DNA of 63,650 nucleotides, the filler included, from Asterionella formosa (Eukaryota): NCBI GenBank assembly GCA_002256025.1. It is 14 parts of 14 records of this genome, joined end to end, with 100 filler letters (N's around TTAATTAATTAA, not from the genome) between each part and the next. Parts side by side here need not be neighbours in the genome. Positions count along the whole stretch, not along the records: positions 1 to 16,948 come from NKIB01004656.1; positions 17,049 to 18,099 come from NKIB01004668.1; positions 18,200 to 19,251 come from NKIB01004669.1; positions 19,352 to 20,403 come from NKIB01004670.1; positions 20,504 to 21,554 come from NKIB01004671.1; positions 21,655 to 22,705 come from NKIB01004672.1; 8 more parts are not named here. The stretch is one strand, 5' to 3'. Below, one piece after another: positions 11,913 to 22,805 of the stretch. The notes under the pieces are model-generated. The model was not told the DNA's origin. It ran no database searches and worked only from the letters and a program-made list of their open reading frames with translations. Numbering within the stretch: position 1 is the first letter of the stretch; every line of letters starts with the position of its first letter. The translations under genes and the position numbers were made by a program.

Positions 11913-12695
11913 ATGTTGACAAGTTTCGGACTGCTCCTAGTAGCCGCAATCTCTGGCGTTAACGCCTTCCCATATCAAGCTGGATCATGTGCGCCAGGAA
12001 AGGAAGCGATCTTGACACCTCAATTGTCACACGCCACGAAGATTCAAGTGGGAACGGGTCCTCTATCCGACAAGGGACTTGTTGTGCTTTTGAACGGAAT
12101 GCCGTTGGCAGACAGCGGAACAAATGTTTCGGTTGGGACGACTCACAAAATCATGATCAACTCAACGTCAGGCGATGCGTTTCGAGGTTTTCTATTGCGC
12201 TTGGATGGAAACGGCAACTACATGGATGCAGACCTTGCTTTGAACCCAATCGCCGGAGATGAACTTGTCCAAGTATCCACTACTTGTGTCGATGTTTACA
12301 GTGTGGGAGGCATTACACATACCAGTAATATCGACAAGACTGTTATTGTAGGCACTTTGAAGCTGGATGAGACGGCTCAAGGCATGACCCTTGACATCAC
12401 GGTGGTGATTAGCAACAATGTTTCTCAAAATGTGTCTGAGTGGTACTTTAGCAGCTATTCCCTGGATGCAATCCAAAACACAAGTGTTGTTACTGTGGCT
12501 CCAGCAACCAGTTCACCTGGTATCCCATCTGCTTCCCCTTTGGGTTCAGGGGCTAGCGACGCTCCTTCGAATGCACCTGTTATTTCCACTGCCAAACCCA
12601 CTACTTCAGCATCTTACGCTGCGCCTTTTGGTTGGCGTGCTGTGACAGTCAACACCCTTTCCGCTTTCCTTGCGGCTAGGTTCATCGTTACATAA
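11913..12695 (+). CDS. Secreted, probably GPI-anchored reeler-like domain protein
   Basis: ATG at 11913 gives signal peptide MLTSFGLLLVAAISGVNA. FPYQAGSC..FRGFLLRL..GITHTS is a reeler-like pattern, followed by an S/T/P/A-rich stalk and a hydrophobic C-terminus. Confidence 0.7.
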   Translation: MLTSFGLLLVAAISGVNAFPYQAGSCAPGKEAILTPQLSHATKIQVGTGPLSDKGLVVLLNGMPLADSGTNVSVGTTHKIMINSTSGDAFRGFLLRLDGNGNYMDADLALNPIAGDELVQVSTTCVDVYSVGGITHTSNIDKTVIVGTLKLDETAQGMTLDITVVISNNVSQNVSEWYFSSYSLDAIQNTSVVTVAPATSSPGIPSASPLGSGASDAPSNAPVISTAKPTTSASYAAPFGWRAVTVNTLSAFLAARFIVT

Positions 12696-12994
12696 AGTGA
12701 ATCCTTCGGAAGCGAATTAAGTGCACAGAATGCAGTTCATAACCCATAACATTTCACCCTAATACAAGCTCCACGTATGTTCAACCGCAAACTTGAGAAC
12801 TCACCGTATGCTCATTCCGCCAGTACAGCAGTGAAATACATTATCTATGTGAAGAGGAATAAATGCTCTATGTGTTCACAGGGTGCACTTTGCGATCAAG
12901 CAGAAGTGTTCACTATTTCTTGTCATACTTGGAGTAGTAGGATAGGGGCAATCCCCACCCAACAGCTATTGTCTTGTTTTGTTTTTCGATGAGA

Positions 12995-14292
12995 ACTCTG
13001 GGTGTCTAAGTAATTTTTATGTAGGGGAAATATAGGGGTGCAGCTGATTTTTCGGCTGTCCAATTTTAGGTTTGAGCAGGGACCATCGACCAATGTTAAG
13101 AGTAGAATTTTCATGGGAAAGTTTAGAAATCAATAGTATGATGATATCCATCAGCCACATCAAAATGCACAGCACAGAGCCCAAATATGAACGAAAAATG
13201 ATCACACAAGAATGATTGTAACCAAACGTCGAAAAATTTAGGAAAAACAGAAACAGAAGGGCAAGAAGCGACAATGACACGCACAGAGTAGAAGAAATAG
13301 TGAAAAAGAAATGGGTCAGTGGAAAATTCGTGTGAAAAATTGTCAATGCATGCTCATTTACAATTGTCAACTTACACTTTTTTGTTTTTGTTGAAACGGA
13401 ATTTCTGAAATGTTCAAATACAAACATAATTAGTAGTCAAGCAATATTGTAGCAATTTATATACTAACCAATAATGGTCATCCTTTGAACTCATCAATTA
13501 GCTTCTTACCCTACTTCCATGTGTAGTAACAAAGGTTGCTAGCGACGAGAAATGGAATGAAAAAGCTAAATTAATTTTTACTTCATTCAGCAGGCATCTC
13601 TTTTTATATGTGTACACAGGTATCAGAAAGTATTTCTGTCTATAGATTCATTTAGTGTCCAAAAGAGTTTTTGCTGGTACAAAATATACAACGGCGTCAT
13701 TTTGCTTACTCCTCTACCTAAATAGAGAACATCAGCTGCAACCTCCTGGCATGACTAGTACCTGAAACAGTACATACGAGATTTTTTCATGAAATTACCA
13801 CAATCACCTGTGACATGAGTTGAAACAACAAGAGGACAACCGGACAGATGAGAACTTGAAGTGATTGGTATGCGAGGTCTGAACAAGTTCTTGACAAATA
13901 TACTACTGTTATGATGGGCACTTAAAACCCAGGTACTCCCAGCAGGTACTGGTAATTATAGTATCAACAAAAGTAATAAAAAACAGTTTCTTGGTGACAA
14001 TCAAGAAACATAAAACACGGTTCGGGGGTAAAAGATTTTCATGTTTACATTAAAAACTATGTACTGAAAGACAATGTTAGCTATCATGAATCAAAATGGG
14101 TATAGTTAAATGTATGTTTTACTTCAGAATTGATACAATTAATGATAGCTATCCCCGTTCTATCGAGGACTACAATAAAGTTCGTACTTAGTTCGAATTT
14201 TATCATTTAAGAAACTTCGATAATTTTAGTAGGAAAAAGGAGTTATTAAACGTTGACTCTCAGTTTTTAGGTGGCACCAGGTACCAGGTGCA
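12995..14292. repeat. Patchwork of dispersed repeat fragments
   Basis: 12995..13075 resembles the reverse complement of 20678..20790; 13410..13640 that of 42292..42515; 13953..14205 that of 38620..38880; 14248..14289 matches 42577..42618 directly (AAACGTTGACTCTCAGTTTTTAGGTGG). Confidence 0.75.
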
Positions 14293-14905
14293 CAGTCTGC
14301 CTGGTAGCATCCACTAAATTTCCGCCAGCAGCATATTGCTGCCACGGCAGTACAGAACCAGCTGGAAGGTCTGGTAGCGCATGTTCTATGCGCGCCTTTC
14401 AGTTTCGACACACTCCCAATAGATCGTCTCATGCCTGCCGGACGAGATACTAGACTGGCTTTTCATTCCAAATTCTCTTGAGTAACTTTCTTCAATGTTT
14501 AATTATCATTCATTAAATCCAAGTCGTGTTCTGATCATCGAAATCGTTCTAACCTACTACTAATACTGGTAGTGTTATTCAGCAACTGGATGACGGTTTG
14601 ATGATGGAATTCACCTATCAGCAAGTTGTAGTCGTAGTCGTAGTCAGCAAATTCTAGTCGCATGTACTCCGTAGTCGCCAAATTGGGTCAGAAATCGTAA
14701 GCAAAGACTCATTTTGAGAAAGTGTCAATGGACTATTAATAGATATTACCTAAATAGAAAATCAAACAAATTTGGTTCTACCTATAGATTATCGTAGTGT
14801 AGCATATTCCTACTACTGCGAAAGTTTCAAATTTGTTCTTAAGGACTGTATTTTGTATTATTTCAATTACATATATCTATGATTATTGATTATGATTTGC
14901 AAATC

Positions 14906-15032
14906 TGTTGTTGTTGTTGTTGATGTTGTTGATGTTGTTGATGTTGTTGATGTTGTTGATGTTGTTGATGTTGTTGATGATGTTGATGATGTTGATGATG
15001 TTGATGTTGTTGATGATGTTGATGATGTTGTG
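14906..15032. repeat. Compound microsatellite (GTT)n / (GATGTTGTT)n / (GATGATGTT)n
   Basis: Directly visible 3- and 9-bp periodicity. Confidence 0.95.
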
Positions 15033-15120
15033 ACTATACATATTGGTACATTAATACATATCTCGGTTTGGTATATATGTACCAAACCGTTACCCTGCTG
15101 CTGGTTGTCGCCAGTGTACG

Positions 15121-15491
15121 AATTTTATTTCTGAACACCATCATTGCATTTGTATCATAGCTCCCCTCCATCCTGCTACCTGGTACAAGGTACCGGTAGG
15201 CTGAAAAATAAGACATTCCCTAACTCTAATGTAATTAGAAGTTTGTTTGCTGCTTAAGTTTAAGCAAGATGTCAGTTTCCTGTGTGAGTTTAAGGAAGAT
15301 GTTCAGTTCCCTGCTTACGTTAAAAGTTTCTTTGGTGGGAACAAGGCCGGCATGCATGCATATCACCCTGCCGGCCCATCCCAAGGATGCTAAGCAACAT
15401 ATAATGACTTAAGTTTTTGCAGCGAATTTTGAAACGTGTATCAAAAATTTACTTTCATGTGTACAAAACACGTTATCTGTATGTCCCTGGT
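15121..15491 (+). repeat. Dispersed repeat; parts homologous to 27598..27707 plus 28762..28790, and to 31666..31829
   Basis: CTGAACACCATCATTGCATT..GGCTGAAAA..AATGTAAT..GTTTGC.GCTTA..TTAAGCAAGAT shared with 27.6/28.8 kb. TTGGTGGG..GGCCGGC..AGTTTTTGC..AATTTTGAAAC.TGTATCAAAAATT shared with 31.7 kb. Confidence 0.8.
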
Positions 15492-15645
15492 AGTCCTGCT
15501 CGGCAGTATGCAGATATGCATATAACTGCTCAGATATATTTTAATCTTCATCTCTGGCCTGTCACCACTGACAATCCGTGTTATGCCATGATACACTGTG
15601 ATACAAATTAGGGATACAGTGTCAAGTTTGGAAAGAATGAAATTA

Positions 15646-16948
15646 AGGTCCGTTCTTATCATTTTTTTCGTGTATCACGGAATTTGAATTTTTTTGAAAA
15701 TGTATCAGCAACGGTAACTCGATTTGAACTGAATTTCATTCATTCCAAAAGTGTCACTGTATCACTTATTTGTGATCACATTGTATCATGGAGTAACATG
15801 GATCTTCAACGGCAACTGGCTGGCGAAGATCATGTGTATATCCCTCCGGAATATAATGATGGTCTTGATATCAAGCAACAACATAAAATATAATTACCGG
15901 GAAACTAACATTATATTAAAAACACACATTTGCATGAATCATGTCGTCGCCATTTGATTTACTTGATGATAATGATGATGACAGTAGTGATCTTGATTTC
16001 TTCTTCCTCTGTCATTTAGCTAAGGAAGCAGAGGAAAAAGAACACTCATCCAAACGACAAAGGCGACGCTGTAAACGGCAGCTTCAGTCATCTGAACGAC
16101 GACGACAACGAAGGCACAAGTGGAACCACGAAAGAATCTCCTGGCAATCACATGTCAAGAAACTCAATCACGAGATTGCTTTCGAGAAGACATACAGAAT
16201 GTCACACAGAGCATTCAAAAAACTCACCTCCATGCTGGAAATTCAGATTGCAGGGAATTATTCCAAATGTGGCACTTCTGAGCCCATAATTCCCGAAATT
16301 ATGGTAGCCATTGGTTTGCGATGGCTGGCTGGTGGCAGTTACATCGACATTCGTCATGCCTACGGTTGTAGCATTGCTTCATTTTATCGATGTCGTGATT
16401 TGTTCATTGATGCTGTACTAAACTGTGGAGAACTCGAAATTGTTTTTCCAAAAGAAAAAGAAAAAGAAGAATTTATCAAATTGGCTTCCAGCTTTGAATG
16501 CAAAAGCTCAGAGGGCATGATGAGAGGATGTTGGTGCTATTGACGGCTTCCTAGCCACCATCAACCGCCCGACTATAGTTGAAAGTGGCAACAACCCTGG
16601 TTCATTTTTTCCCGGTCACTACATGACTTATGGAATCAATGTCCAGGCTGTTTGTGATGCTGACTCAAGATTTATTTATTTTGGTGTAATTGCACCGGGA
16701 AAATGCAGTGACCAAGTAGCTTTTGAACGAACTTCCATTTTCGATCGAGTTGCAGCATTCAACACAGGTTTTTATCTGGTCGGCGATGCAGCTTACACAT
16801 TGTCTGATGTAATGCTTGTTCCCTTTGTTGGCTCACAACGTGATGATACAACACAGGATACATTTAACTTTTTCCTTTCACAGCTAAGGATAAGAATAGA
16901 AATGGCATTTGGTCTTCTTCAGACAAAATGGTGTGTTCTAAAAAAAAC
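15646..16948 (+). mobile_element. PIF/Harbinger transposon: putative left end plus HARBI1-like DDE transposase (CDS 15941..>16948, one frameshift, cut by contig end)
   Basis: FEKTYRMS..F, GLRWLAGGSYIDI, then after a frameshift near 16530 GAIDG..GINVQAVCD..LVGDAAY..FNFFLSQLRIRIEMAFGLLQTKW. TTA|AGGTCCGTTC candidate terminus at 15646. Confidence 0.9.
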
Positions 16949-17048
16949 NNNNNNNNNNNNNNNNNNNNNNNNNNNNNNNNNNNNNNNNNNNNTTAATTAA
17001 TTAANNNNNNNNNNNNNNNNNNNNNNNNNNNNNNNNNNNNNNNNNNNN
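16949..17048. other. Artificial contig linker (N44-TTAATTAATTAA-N44, stops in all frames); 13 occurrences
   Basis: Same linker at 16949, 18100, 19252, 20404, 21555, 22706, 39734, 40885, 42036, 43187, 44338, 61350 and 62501, each 100 bp. Confidence 0.99.
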
Positions 17049-17481
17049 GCTCGACTCAAGTAGAATTGATTGTTTACATAATCTGTCAGCTAACCCCAAA
17101 TTAGTTTTCGCTTGTTTACTTCCAGACCATATGAACTATTCTTCTTCATTGTGACCATAGATTTTCTCCAACAACACAAAACATGACAATACTGGTCCTT
17201 GTTCATACAAGTTGTTCTTCATGACAACCTAATTCCTTAGCAAATCAAAACAGTAAATTTTTACTTTTAGGGCTTTTTGGTGCAAGGTAAATCTTAGCAG
17301 GCCAAAACTTTTCGATAAGAATTGCTATTTATTGTCATGATGTGAGATCATATCCAACACCACCTCGAAATAGCGTGACCTTGGTACAGGTAGCTAACTC
17401 AAAATGCTATTCGCATGGTGCATTGAGTGTACTATGTATACTGGCGGGTGAACCGTATAAACGTATTTCCACATCAAGTAG

Positions 17482-17830
17482 CTACATCTAAGCCTCTTAT
17501 TACGTGAAGTGACCATCACGTAAATAAGCCTAGTTGATTTTGAATGGATCACATGAATTAGTTGAATACATCAAAATGCTTACTTGAATATATCTATATA
17601 TTATCTGAATACATCACGTTAATTATTTGATCAGAGTATCATGCATGCATTCCTGATCATCACTATATTACGTGATCACCTTCACATAATTATTTGAAAT
17701 ACTTCACATAATTATTTGAAATACTTCAATTAATTCTGTAATTCAGTTCACATTGCCTTAAATTTTTGTTCACGTAATTCTATAATATGGTTCACGTAAT
17801 TTATTAAATTTTTTTACGTATTTTAAAAGT
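17482..17830. repeat. Second copy of the 7.4-7.8 kb repeat
   Basis: Aligns with 7419..7830; lacks the long (TA)n and the CCGGTA insertion. Confidence 0.85.
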
Positions 17831-18202
17831 GCTATCAAATAATTTTGATTACTAATTCAACAACCGGTATTTCACATTACATGGGAAACAAATCTCGATA
17901 TGCAATCAAACAAGCAGTTCTTTCAGAATGGCATCTTCAGTCTTGAGAAGGCAGGCATTATGAGAAGTCTGTAAGACAAACAGAAGCCATGCATTCTGAA
18001 TGAAAAAATCATTCATTCTTGAAGAGGCATTATTGCACGAAGTTGCAACATGAATGCATCACACACTGGCTTCCTTCTTGTCCTTGAAATGACTTGCTTN
18101 NNNNNNNNNNNNNNNNNNNNNNNNNNNNNNNNNNNNNNNNNNNTTAATTAATTAANNNNNNNNNNNNNNNNNNNNNNNNNNNNNNNNNNNNNNNNNNNNA
18201 AG

Positions 18203-19099
18203 ATGACAGTATTTGAGAAACAAATGGAAAAAGTCTGTCATGATCCTGGCTTCCTGGCCGCCCTGGACCAATCTGGGGGCTCGACACCCAAGGCGCTTCG
18301 AATCTACGGTATTCCTGATGATGCTTACATCGCTGGCAAGGAAAGCATGTTTGATAGGGTGCACGAAATGCGCAGTCGTATCATTACGTCCCCTACCTTC
18401 GACGGCGATCGTATCCTTGGTGCAATCCTATTTGAGAACACCATGGATCGTCAAGTTGGAGGCAAGCCCACCGCCCAGTTCCTGTGGGAGAACAAGAATG
18501 TAGTGCCTTTCTTGAAGGTAGACAAGGGGCTAGAATCTGAACACAACGGTGTTCAGCTCATGAAACCTATTCCTGATCTTGATTCTCTCCTCAAGAGGGC
18601 CAAGGAGACCTGTGTCTTCGGTACCAAGATGAGATCTGTCATAAAGATGGCTAACCCAGTGGGTATCAAAGCTATTGTTGACCAGCAGTTCGAAATTGCC
18701 AAACAGATCTGTGCAGCAGGACTTATCCCCATCATTGAACCCGAAGTCGACATCAACAGTCCCGAAAAGGCTGAATGCGAGGCAGTGCTCAAAACTTGGC
18801 TCCTTGAGCATCTCGACAAGCTTGGTGAGGATGAGACGGTTATGCTCAAGCTCACTATCCCTTCAATCGACAATTTCTACGCCGAATGCATTGCCCATCC
18901 CAAATGCCTCCGTGTTGCTGCCCTTTCTGGGGGCTACAGTCGGGAATTCGCTAACGCACTTCTCGCCAAACAGGAAGGTGTGATTGCCAGCTTCTCCCGT
19001 GCACTCACAGAAGGGCTCACCTATCAAATGAGTGATGAAGACTTCGATGTGGCACTTGATGGCGCCATCAGAAGTATCTTTGAAGCTTCAATGAAATGA
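18203..19099 (+). CDS. Fructose-bisphosphate aldolase class I, bacterial type (diatom FBA4-like)
   Basis: GFLAALDQSGGSTPKAL, ILFENTM, FLKVDKGL, FGTKMRSVI, PIIEPEV, VMLKLTIP (Schiff-base Lys), ALSGGY, SFSRAL. 298 aa, no intron. Confidence 0.95.
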   Translation: MTVFEKQMEKVCHDPGFLAALDQSGGSTPKALRIYGIPDDAYIAGKESMFDRVHEMRSRIITSPTFDGDRILGAILFENTMDRQVGGKPTAQFLWENKNVVPFLKVDKGLESEHNGVQLMKPIPDLDSLLKRAKETCVFGTKMRSVIKMANPVGIKAIVDQQFEIAKQICAAGLIPIIEPEVDINSPEKAECEAVLKTWLLEHLDKLGEDETVMLKLTIPSIDNFYAECIAHPKCLRVAALSGGYSREFANALLAKQEGVIASFSRALTEGLTYQMSDEDFDVALDGAIRSIFEASMK

Positions 19100-19351
19100 A
19101 TTGAATTATCCTGTTCTTTTAGCAAATTAGAATCCAACAGCCATAGCATGTCTAATAGTAAATAGTAATTAAAGAGTTACTACTATATGCCAGCACTTTG
19201 ATCTAGCTGCCACTGGGCCAAGTACTTGAAACCTAAATGTTGCTCCCAACTNNNNNNNNNNNNNNNNNNNNNNNNNNNNNNNNNNNNNNNNNNNNTTAAT
19301 TAATTAANNNNNNNNNNNNNNNNNNNNNNNNNNNNNNNNNNNNNNNNNNNN

Positions 19352-19478
19352 GGTTTTTACTGTTGGCGTAGATTGTTTTCGAATTCTCTGGTACCATATT
19401 CTTTCTTGATTCATTCGATTCAATATGTAGTAGGTAATTTATACCGGGATTTTCTTTCCTAAAATATTTTCTCCAACA
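19352..19478 (-). mobile_element. 5' part of a copia LTR (same family as 47736..48155), cut by contig end
   Basis: Reverse complement TGTTGGAGAAAATATTTTAGGAAAGAAAATCCCGG... is near-identical to 47736 onward. Homology stops exactly at TGTTGG. Confidence 0.9.
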
Positions 19479-19499
19479 CCATTAAGCAGGAAAATTCCC

Positions 19500-20403
19500 A
19501 CAGGACGGGACAACAAAATTACGGAGGCAGAGAAAATGTGTGTGTCAGGCGTTTGTTCTTTGGTTGTGAACAATCAAATCAGCCATGTTGGTTGCCAGGG
19601 AGGTGAGTAACAAGGATTTCGGAAGAGCGTTGCACATCGCGGAGAGCCATGTTACCGATGTTAATATGGTGCATCTTTTTATTGGCACAATTGTGGCACC
19701 ATTCCTCCGCACCTTTGTTGTCATTCCAAAGGGTGTGGGGTGGTCGGTGTCAGGCATGCCAAGTTCAGTAAGGAGGTTGTGAAGGAACTGAGTAACCTTG
19801 GTACCCATCATCAGCTGATTTGATTTCTGACTCCCACAGGTAACTCCGGCTATAGTGGGGTTCACGAATAATGTGCCAGGCAAGCAGAGGACCACCAATA
19901 CAGGTACTGATTGAACCAAGGAGGGAGCAACATTCTAAAATGAAGATGGTGTTGGAAGGTTGAGAACAGTTGGGAAGCATCCGTGTAGGTGACAAGGAGG
20001 GTGGGGATTGGGTTTGGGCCAACCAAAAGTAGTGGAAAGGTAGGAGGCGGTATGATGAGCAAGACATGAAGGCAAGCCATGGTCAGCTGAAGCAGAGAGG
20101 TAGCAGAGAACATATTTAGCACCCAACAAGTGGGCAGGAGTGGCACATGAATAATTAATTGTATTGGGCAAGAAGCAGAGTGACAGCAATGGAAGAAATG
20201 TCAGGACAGGTAGTATTAACAGCAACCCAGTTGAGGGCCCCAATAAGGGATTGGTATTGCGTAATGACTAAGGCGTGAGGGCACTGAGGGAAGCACCATC
20301 GGGCACAATATGGTCATAAACAAGACCAGAGCGACAATCCACCATATCAGAAAAGTCAAGGATGGCGCAAAGGAAAGTCTCATTGACCCCATACCACAGA
20401 CAG
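19500..20403 (-). mobile_element. Decayed Ty1/copia RT-RNase H
   Basis: YQSLIGA..PDISSI..HLLGAKYVLCYL..DHGL; ESEIKSADDG..TQFLHNLLTELG..DNKGAEEW..KMHHINI..THLPG.NMADL, with many frameshifts. Confidence 0.8.
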
Positions 20404-20775
20404 NNNNNNNNNNNNNNNNNNNNNNNNNNNNNNNNNNNNNNNNNNNNTTAATTAATTAANNNNNNNNNNNNNNNNNNNNNNNNNNNNNNNNNNNNNNNNN
20501 NNNCAAAACAATTTTTTCTATTTCTCATTTGATGCTACTTATTACATCGCATTTCATACTTTGGTTGCTCCAAACATCATGTTCAATTTTCATTGATGTT
20601 GCATGTTACAATCATTCTCGTGTGTTTTACGCTTGTTGTACCATCTCCATGCATATTACCGTTATTTTGGTTGTCATGCTAAAATCGGCAATTTTATTGC
20701 CGAAAAATTCGATGTGCCCCATATTGCCCTTAAATAAAAATTACTTAAAAAATTACTTAAAGACTAAAAATTACT

Positions 20776-21416
20776 TAGAAGTACCCGAATGGCAAGACGA
20801 TAGCTGGAGCGGGAATTGCCAAGGAATAGTGTGTTTCAGTAAGAATGCTGCCTGAAACGTCCAAGAATTTTTGGATAGATAACTTCCTGAGGTACCTAAA
20901 ATACATGTGTGTGCTCTTCACCACCCCATTACGACTGAAGGTGTTGAGCCATTTATGTCAGATGTTGATCTAGAGGTGTTAGTTCAAAATCGAAGCGCAG
21001 GTGTCCTGTTCTTGGGACAACAATATCGAAGACTAGCTACCATACATCAATTGAAAACGAGTAGGAAGAAGCTTTGGCTCCCAGGGTACAAGTTAAATAC
21101 CACTGAATTCGATATTCTTAAAGGGAAGGTTGAGAAAGAGCTTGGTATCGCTAAATGTGAATCTGATCCCTTAGTTGAAGTTATATATTCCCATTCATTT
21201 TCAGATTATGCCAGACTCCTTAAGCAGAACATCAAAATTGTTGATTTATGGGCTGCTACTGCCAACAATGCCATCCTTGAAGAAGCCATTGGCCTTCAGA
21301 TTCCCATGCTAATTCGGCGAATCGACAGTACTGAAGAATACCTTGGCAATTCCTACCCCCTTTTTTTGACACAACAGAAGAACTGGCATTACTCCTTGTT
21401 GATTCATCAGAGTTAG
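20776..21416 (+). pseudogene. Putative glycosyltransferase-like protein with in-frame stops
   Basis: One frame reads PEWQDDSWSGNCQGIVCFSKNAA*NVQEFLDR*LPEVPKIHVCALHHPI..VLFLGQQYRR..ANNAILEEAIGLQIPMLIRR..EEYLGNSYPLF. The tail resembles the GT-B 'xxLEAxxxGxPxI' nucleotide-sugar motif. Confidence 0.4.
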
Positions 21417-21654
21417 GCAAGAAGCTTCGACTAGCAAACATTTACATGAAGGACATGGATTTAAGTGGGCTCACATTGGAAAAATTCAGGAAGGATTTAA
21501 TAGGATGTGCAGACAAAAATTTGAGTTAAATTATATTTGGTTGTAGCTACTCTTNNNNNNNNNNNNNNNNNNNNNNNNNNNNNNNNNNNNNNNNNNNNTT
21601 AATTAATTAANNNNNNNNNNNNNNNNNNNNNNNNNNNNNNNNNNNNNNNNNNNN

Positions 21655-22705
21655 GCCGCCGCGCCGAGGATCACCGCCGGACGCTTGGCGTTCTTCATCG
21701 CGTCGCCCAATTCCTTGGGGATGCGGTTGAGGAGCTTGAGGTCGCTGCCGAGGAAGGTCGCCGGATAGGTCGGCTCCCACGCGGGGCCGATGATGTAGAC
21801 CTTGGCGCCCGCCTTCACCGCTTTGCGCAGGCGGACGTTGAGGAGCGCGGCTTCCCAGCGGACGTTGCTGCCGACGATCAGGATAGCGTCGGCGGTTTCG
21901 ATACCAGCAAAGGTGCTGTTGAAGTTCACCGCCGCGAGGTTCGACACGTCGTAGGTCATGCCGGTCTGGCGCGCTTCGGTGAGCTGCGATCCGCAAGCGT
22001 TCACCAGCGTCTTGGCCGCAAACATCGTCTCGGCGTCGAGCAGATCGCCCGCCACCGCCGCGATGCTCGCCTTGTCGCCTTCCAGAGCGCCCGCGATCAT
22101 GCCGAAAGCCTCGGTCCATTCGGCGGACTGGAGCTTGCTGTCACGGCGCACCCACACGCGGTCGAGGCGGCGCTTGGTGAGGCCGTCGACCTGATAGCGG
22201 CCCTTGTCCGACAGCCACTCCTCGTTGACGTCGTCATTGATGCGCGGCAGCGCGCGCATCACTTCGCGGCCCTTGGAATGGAGCGGGATGTTGGCCCCCA
22301 CCGCGTCCGAGACGTCGATGCTCAGGGTCTTCTTCAGCTCCCACGGCCGCGCCTCGAAGGCATAGGGCCGCGAGGTCAGCGCGCCGACCGGGCAAAGGTC
22401 GATGACGTTGGCCGAAAGCTCGTGCGCCGCCGCCTTCTCCAGATAGGTCGTGATCTGCATGTCCTCGCCGCGATACAGCGCGCCGATTTCGTCCACGCCG
22501 GCGATCTCTTCCGAGAAGCGCACGCAGCGGGTGCAGTGGATGCAGCGGGTCATGATCGTCTTGATCAGCGGGCCCATGTACTTCTCGGTCACCGCGCGCT
22601 TGTTCTCGTGATAGCGCGAGCCGCCGCGGCCATAGGCGACCGCCTGATCCTGCAGATCGCACTCGCCGCCCTGATCGCAGATCGGGCAATCGAGCGGGTG
22701 GTTGA
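21655..22705 (-). CDS. nuoG: NADH-quinone oxidoreductase subunit G, internal fragment, alphaproteobacterial (sphingomonad-like)
   Basis: NHPLDCPICDQGGECDLQDQ, MTRCIHCTRCVRF, DLCPVGALT, NEEWLSDKGR. Whole contig is high-GC coding sequence, unlike the host contigs. Confidence 0.97.
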
Positions 22706-22805
22706 NNNNNNNNNNNNNNNNNNNNNNNNNNNNNNNNNNNNNNNNNNNNTTAATTAATTAANNNNNNNNNNNNNNNNNNNNNNNNNNNNNNNNNNNNNNN
22801 NNNNN

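Noticed and set aside
14867..15134. Poly-VVD and poly-STT ORFs
   Set aside because: Translations of a microsatellite with no other coding signal.
16993..17004. Recurrent TTAATTAATTAA palindrome as a biological motif
   Set aside because: Always centred in identical N-padded linkers; it is a six-frame stop spacer.
21607..22757. Overlapping alternative ORFs on the nuoG contig
   Set aside because: Shadow frames expected in high-GC coding DNA.
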